Of a stretch of 64,000 nucleotides of DNA, positions 59,211-64,000 are shown in pieces. Both the position numbers and the translations under genes were made by a program. A model generated the notes under the pieces. That model worked only from the letters and a program-made list of their open reading frames with translations. It had not been told where the DNA came from and did not search any database. How positions within the stretch are numbered: position 1 is the stretch's first letter; each line of letters begins with the position of its first letter. Origin of the DNA: Polyangiales bacterium (lineage in GTDB: Bacteria; Myxococcota_A; Polyangia; Polyangiales; Ga0077539); NCBI GenBank assembly GCA_044229975.1, contig JBGARZ010000010.1, forward strand, positions 128,001-192,000. Direction: 5' to 3'.

Positions 59211-60686
59211 ATGACGACAACTGGTCTCTTCTACGGCGACGGCATCCACGCAGGCACCGGCCGGCGGCTCAACGCCCCGCTCTCCGCCGCGGCCATGTCC
59301 GACCTCGCCGCGGGTGGGGCTGCGGGCAAGAACACCGGCGAGAGCGACCTGCTCCGACGCCGCGTCGAGCGGGGCGGCGGCGAGGTCAGCGCCGAGGCCC
59401 ACTACGGCGTGGCCGACGACATCGACCCCAGCGATCTCTCGCAGACCGGCTGGGCCGTGATCTTCCCGCAGGCTCTCCCCGGCACTCCCGAGGCCGCCCG
59501 GCAGGATGCCATCCGCGCCGCGCTCGCCCCGCTGCTCCAGCATCGTCAGGCGCAGGCGGCGAAGATCGATGCGCGCTGGTACCAGGAGTTCAGCGGCGCG
59601 CGCGGGGTGCGGCCGGGCGACACCAACCAGCGCTTCCTCGGTCGTTTGAAGGTCGACGCGGGCGCCCCGGCTGATCCGCGCTCCATGCCCTACTACCTCC
59701 TGCTGGTGGGGTCGCCGGTGGAGATCCCCTTCTCCTTCCAGGTTCAGCTCGACATCACCTACGCGGTGGGTCGCATCCATTTCGAGACCGACGAGGAGTA
59801 CGCGAACTACGCCCGCAACGTCGTCGAGGCCGAGACCCATCCCCCCGCGCGCTCGCGCACCGCGGCCTTCTTCGGCGTGCTCAACCCCTTCGACGAAGCG
59901 ACCGAGCTCTCGCGTCAGCAGCTCGTGGTTCCGCTCGCCGACGCCCTCACCAACAAGCGCCTCCCCGGCTGGACCCTCACCCGCCACCTCGATGCGCAGG
60001 CCAGCAAGTCCACGCTGACGACGCTGCTCGGCGGCGCGGCGACACCCGCCCTGCTCTTCACGGCCAGCCACGGCGTCGGCTTCGACGCGACCGACGTCCG
60101 CCAGCGACACCACCAGGGCGCTCTCCTGTGCAGCGACTGGCAGAACCCCGACCCGGCCGTCCCCCTCGCCGAGTCGCTCTACGTGTCGCGCGACGACATC
60201 ACTGCCGAAGCGCGCCTGCGCGGGCTCATCGCGTTCAACTTCGCGTGCTACGGGGCGGGCACCCCGGCGATGGCCCAGTACCCCATCCCCGACGCCGAAC
60301 CGGGCGACCTCCGCCTCGCCCCGGAGCCCTTCGTCTCGGGGCTCCACCAGCGCCTGCTCGGTCACCCGCAAGGCGCCCTCGCCGCGATCGGTCACATCGA
60401 GCGCGTGTGGAGCGAGTCGCTCCCCGTCGACGAGGCGCCCAACCGCATCACGGTCTTCGAGAGCGCCCTCGCGCGTCTGATGAAGGGCTTGCCCGTCGGC
60501 TGGGCGATGGAGCCCTTCAACGCCCGCTACGCGCAGTTTGGCGCCGACCTCGCCGCGCGCCTCGCCGACCTCGACGCGACGCCGGGCGAGGTCCTCCAGC
60601 GCGAGGTGGCGCAGCGCTGGATCGCCCACAACGACGCGCGCGACTACGTCGTCACGGGCGACCCCGCGGTGCGTCTGTCGTTCTGA
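59211..60686 (+). CDS. Clan CD (C25/gingipain/caspase-like) cysteine peptidase-like protein
   Basis: YLLLVGSP..IPF, VGRI, LLFTASHG (His-Gly), FACYGAG (Cys), GDPA. Confidence 0.7.
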   Translation: MTTTGLFYGDGIHAGTGRRLNAPLSAAAMSDLAAGGAAGKNTGESDLLRRRVERGGGEVSAEAHYGVADDIDPSDLSQTGWAVIFPQALPGTPEAARQDAIRAALAPLLQHRQAQAAKIDARWYQEFSGARGVRPGDTNQRFLGRLKVDAGAPADPRSMPYYLLLVGSPVEIPFSFQVQLDITYAVGRIHFETDEEYANYARNVVEAETHPPARSRTAAFFGVLNPFDEATELSRQQLVVPLADALTNKRLPGWTLTRHLDAQASKSTLTTLLGGAATPALLFTASHGVGFDATDVRQRHHQGALLCSDWQNPDPAVPLAESLYVSRDDITAEARLRGLIAFNFACYGAGTPAMAQYPIPDAEPGDLRLAPEPFVSGLHQRLLGHPQGALAAIGHIERVWSESLPVDEAPNRITVFESALARLMKGLPVGWAMEPFNARYAQFGADLAARLADLDATPGEVLQREVAQRWIAHNDARDYVVTGDPAVRLSF

Positions 60687-60699
60687 TCTGGACGGGGCC

Positions 60700-61905
60700 T
60701 CACCCCCCGTCGAGAAAGCGCTGCGCGAGCCGGTCGGCGGTGACCTGTCGGCGACGCACCGACGGATCGCCCGCCGCGAAGCTCACCGGGTTGGCCGTGG
60801 CCTCCGCGAGGTACGCCGTCATCGCCGCGTCGCCCGCGGCCACGAGGCGCTCGCGTCGCGCTTCGGCCAGGTCGAACTCCGTGGTGCCGATGCCCTTCGC
60901 CGGCAGCCGCACCACGAGCTTCGCGAACTCGTCGATCACCAGCCCGTCACGCGCGCTCAGCGTCGTGTCGACGAGGCCCGACAGGCGCCGCTCGGTGGGC
61001 AGCAGGTCGGCCCGAACGCCCGTCGGCGCCGTCTCGGTGACCTCGATGCCCGGCACCGGCTCCGCCTCGTCGATGAGCAGCCCGATGAGGTTCTTGCCCG
61101 TGCGCGGACCCATCAGCGCGATGATGCCGTCGAGCTTCGAGGTGAACAGCTCCAGCGGGAAGTTGGACAGCAGCCCGCCGTCGACGATGGCGTGTCCCTC
61201 CATGGGCTTGCCGCGGTAGGCGCCCCACGCGGGCAGCCAGCTCACCTCCGGCCAGATGAGCGGGATGTTCATCGACATACGAACGGCCCACACCACCGGC
61301 AGGTCGGGTGTCGTCACATGGTTGAGGATCAACATCCGTCGCGCCGTGAGGTCGGACGCGATGAGCGTGAGGTTGGCGCCAGTGGCTTCGTGGAAGCCCG
61401 CGAGCGTGAGCCCGCTCAACGCGCGCGGCGCGCCGCTCGGGGTGCTCCGGTCGAGGCAGCGCGCGAGCCACGTGTTGAAGCGGTCGGCGGTGTACAGACC
61501 GCCGCTCTCCAGAAACGCGACGACGTGGCGCAGCCGCGAGCTGGAGGCCATCCACCCCGCGATCTGGTCGTCGACGTGCGACTCGATGAACTCCGGCACC
61601 AGCGGCAGGTTGATGTCGCGCAGCACCGCGCGCAGCACGCTCCTGGCGATGGCGGTCTTGTCCATCGGCCTGGGCTCGCCGAGGAAGCCCGCGAACACCG
61701 AGCGGTCGCCTTCGCGCTCCAGCAGCGCCGCGCCCATCTCCGCCGCGGTGTACCCGGCCGCCAGCAGCGTCGCCGCGATGGCGCCTGCGGAGGTTCCCAG
61801 GAGGCGCCCCGGCGTGTGCTCCGCCCGCTCGAAGGCGGCCAGCGCCCCCACGAAGGCCATGCCCTTCGCCCCGCCCCCCTCGAAGACCAGGTCGTACTGC
61901 GTCAT
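60700..61905 (-). CDS. Patatin-like phospholipase
   Basis: EGGGAKG, GTSAG, DGG. Confidence 0.92.
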   Translation of the reverse strand: MTQYDLVFEGGGAKGMAFVGALAAFERAEHTPGRLLGTSAGAIAATLLAAGYTAAEMGAALLEREGDRSVFAGFLGEPRPMDKTAIARSVLRAVLRDINLPLVPEFIESHVDDQIAGWMASSSRLRHVVAFLESGGLYTADRFNTWLARCLDRSTPSGAPRALSGLTLAGFHEATGANLTLIASDLTARRMLILNHVTTPDLPVVWAVRMSMNIPLIWPEVSWLPAWGAYRGKPMEGHAIVDGGLLSNFPLELFTSKLDGIIALMGPRTGKNLIGLLIDEAEPVPGIEVTETAPTGVRADLLPTERRLSGLVDTTLSARDGLVIDEFAKLVVRLPAKGIGTTEFDLAEARRERLVAAGDAAMTAYLAEATANPVSFAAGDPSVRRRQVTADRLAQRFLDGG

Positions 61906-61945
61906 GCGCGGACAGTACCGCGCGCGCGACGACGCGCGCGGCAGA

Positions 61946-63526
61946 TCACCGCCTCCACGCGCGGACGCGCGCACAGTCGAGGAGCGGCCGCCCGTTGGGG
62001 TTGCGGTACGGCGCGACGCAGGTGCCGAGCAGCAGCGCGAGGTCCTTGACGTCGATGCCCGGGCCGCCGGGCTCGAACACGTAGTCGCCCTCCGGCGGAA
62101 CCGCGTCGAACACATGCCACTCGGGCCCGCTCGTGTCGTACCCGGCGAAGGCGATCTCGATCTGCGCGTGCAGCCAGCGCACCTCGCGCGACGTGAGCGG
62201 CACGCCCAGGTTGGCCGCCTCGACCATCAACTGAACGATGTCCTGCGGCTGCGCGTTGGCCGGCGACATCCCCGACTCGTAGACGTCGAGGATCATCTCG
62301 ATGCGCGCGGCGAGACCTTCGACCATCGTCCGCGCCACCGCGTTGCGGCCGGTGACCAGCGCCAGCGCCGCCGCGGCCTCGTGGTGCGTGCGAACGATCT
62401 GCATCGCGGAGCTGTTGATGCCCGGCGTCGGGTCGCCGCTCACGCCCGTCGGCGTCGGACAGCGCGCCCCGAGCGGATCGAACTGCCACAGCAGCCGTAT
62501 CGCGATCTGCGCGTGGCACTCGATGCCGGCCGTGACGAAGTAGTTGGCGAGCTGCCCCGTGGGGATGACCACCGCGAGGCTCGGGTCGAGGGTGGCGATG
62601 CGGAAACCGTCGTTCTCGACCCGCATCGCCCACTGTTGATAGAGCTGACGCATCTGGACGAGGTCCTGCTGGGCGCCGGGCTCCGTCAGCATGCCGTCAC
62701 ACGCGTCGAGCGCCGCGACGCCCCGCATGATGTGACCCATGTCGTCCTTGCTGCGCGGGTTCTGTATCCACAGGTCGCCCCAGGTCGGGTTGTCGGGAAG
62801 ATGAACGAAGCGCGACGCGCCGCCGTCGACGCCGGGACGGTTGGGCGCGTAGTTGATGTCGATGTTGCGCGCGACGTCGCGGACGCTGGCCGGGTAGGAC
62901 GCGCGCGTGAGCAGGCCCACTTCGAGATCACCGGGGCGGCGCACCGTCGCGAGGCGCCACGACGACATGCCCCGCATCAACCGGCGCACGAGGTGCTGGT
63001 CGTTTGCGTTGCGATAGAGCAGCCACGCGTAGCAGGCGCCTTCGAGGAGCTGCGGCGTGCGGAGCCCGTTGTTCTCGGCGCCGACGTCGACGTGCTGGAA
63101 GGTGCGACGGCCGCCTGAGACGGAGATGCCGGTGCCGCTCCACCACGTGGCGTACCAGTAGCGCCCGCCAGGGGCGGACTCCGGCCAGCCGTGCACGCGC
63201 GCGTCGACGTAGTCGAACCAGCGGGTGCGTTCGAGGAGCGCGAGGTAGTGGTCGGTCACGGTCGCGAGCTCCGCCGCGGTCACGGGGCGGCCAACGTCGG
63301 TGCGCCGATAGTCGAAGGGCAGCGCTCGCAGGTGCGGCGGGAAGGTTCCGTTGGGTGGGGCTGGCGGCGTCGCGTCGGGCGCGGGCGCAGGGGCGTCGTC
63401 GGCGACGGTGGCGGCGTCGATGGGCGCGTCCGCGACGTGGGCGTCGGTGGCGACGTCGGGCGTGGTGGAGTCGGTGCAGGCGATCCACCCGAGTGACGCG
63501 AGTCCCAATGTGGCGAGCGACTTCAT
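61946..63526 (-). CDS. Hypothetical lipoprotein
   Basis: Lipobox-like WIAC, Asp/Pro linker, about 450-aa globular region. Confidence 0.65.
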   Translation of the reverse strand: MKSLATLGLASLGWIACTDSTTPDVATDAHVADAPIDAATVADDAPAPAPDATPPAPPNGTFPPHLRALPFDYRRTDVGRPVTAAELATVTDHYLALLERTRWFDYVDARVHGWPESAPGGRYWYATWWSGTGISVSGGRRTFQHVDVGAENNGLRTPQLLEGACYAWLLYRNANDQHLVRRLMRGMSSWRLATVRRPGDLEVGLLTRASYPASVRDVARNIDINYAPNRPGVDGGASRFVHLPDNPTWGDLWIQNPRSKDDMGHIMRGVAALDACDGMLTEPGAQQDLVQMRQLYQQWAMRVENDGFRIATLDPSLAVVIPTGQLANYFVTAGIECHAQIAIRLLWQFDPLGARCPTPTGVSGDPTPGINSSAMQIVRTHHEAAAALALVTGRNAVARTMVEGLAARIEMILDVYESGMSPANAQPQDIVQLMVEAANLGVPLTSREVRWLHAQIEIAFAGYDTSGPEWHVFDAVPPEGDYVFEPGGPGIDVKDLALLLGTCVAPYRNPNGRPLLDCARVRAWRR

Positions 63527-63634
63527 CGCGTCGGCCGATCATGCGCGCGCTCGAAGCAGGCGACTACCTCGACGTGGCATCGCCTGGGTGGGGCAGACGC
63601 GTTACGGCGGGTGTGCCGAGGAGCACGGAATCGA

Positions 63635-64000
63635 TCAGCCGCCGATGCGGAGGCGATGGCGGGGGACGACCTCGTTCCACATCTCGTCGTAGCCCGTGTA
63701 GTGGATGCGGACGTTGTCCCCTTCGACGGCGATGACCTGCGCGTCGAACCAGCTCGCGCCCCACTGCGCACGCACGGCCTGACCCACGCGAAGGCGTGTG
63801 TCTCCCATCACGAGGATGCCGTGCTCGTCACGCTGCACCACGGGCGCGGGCCGCACGAAGACCGGCGCGGGCCGCACGAACACGGGAGCAGGTTGGACGA
63901 ACACCGGCGCGGGTTGGACGAACACCGGCGTCGGCCGAGCGAAGCCCCGCCCACGGAAGCGGTGCTGCGCCGAGGCGTCGTGGCCGAGCAGGACGCTGGC
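63635..64000 (-). CDS. Tudor/chromo-barrel (Agenet-like) domain protein with PAPVFV repeats (5' partial)
   Basis: Frame open to the window end; W..SWFDAQV...IHYTGYDEMWNEVV; 21-bp repeats at about 63840-63930. Confidence 0.7.
   Translation of the reverse strand, partial: ASVLLGHDASAQHRFRGRGFARPTPVFVQPAPVFVQPAPVFVRPAPVFVRPAPVVQRDEHGILVMGDTRLRVGQAVRAQWGASWFDAQVIAVEGDNVRIHYTGYDEMWNEVVPRHRLRIGG

Noticed and set aside
55672..59220. 1182-aa reverse-strand ORF and many similar long shadow ORFs (e.g. 35190-37778, 16761-19190)
   Set aside because: They are antisense to well-supported genes; stop-codon scarcity in high-GC DNA explains them

Overview
A very GC-rich bacterial window with a strong Myxococcota (Polyangiales-like) signature: many Cys-rich lipoproteins, a MYXO-CTERM protein, Ser/Thr kinases and an ECF sigma module. 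Housekeeping genes (RluA/RluD-type synthase, der, era, UvrD/Rep helicase, parvulin, def) are interleaved with accessory loci. Most notable: (1) a CHAT protease-nSTAND1-WD40 gene followed by a second clan-CD (C25/caspase-like) protease gene and a convergent patatin, a candidate apoptosome-like protease-cascade defence system (53971-61905); (2) a translationally coupled operon with a 75-aa NCSS-motif membrane peptide, a radical SAM/SPASM enzyme and two small membrane proteins (32377-34365); (3) a PtuA/PtuB-like ATPase+HNH pair bracketed by a 35-bp duplication of the nitroreductase 3' end (20378-22572); (4) a ferritin-like/carbamoyltransferase/DUF5989/SGNH/GT-C cluster (44966-50636); (5) an Rpn-like gene with an internal RBS+ATG; (6) a collapsed ECF41 locus that keeps its TGTCACA-N16-CGTC promoter; (7) several long intergenic inverted repeats from at least two shared REP-like families. 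No rRNA, tRNA, CRISPR array, transposase or integrase was seen. All family calls come from motif recognition by eye, not database searches, and start codons are best estimates.
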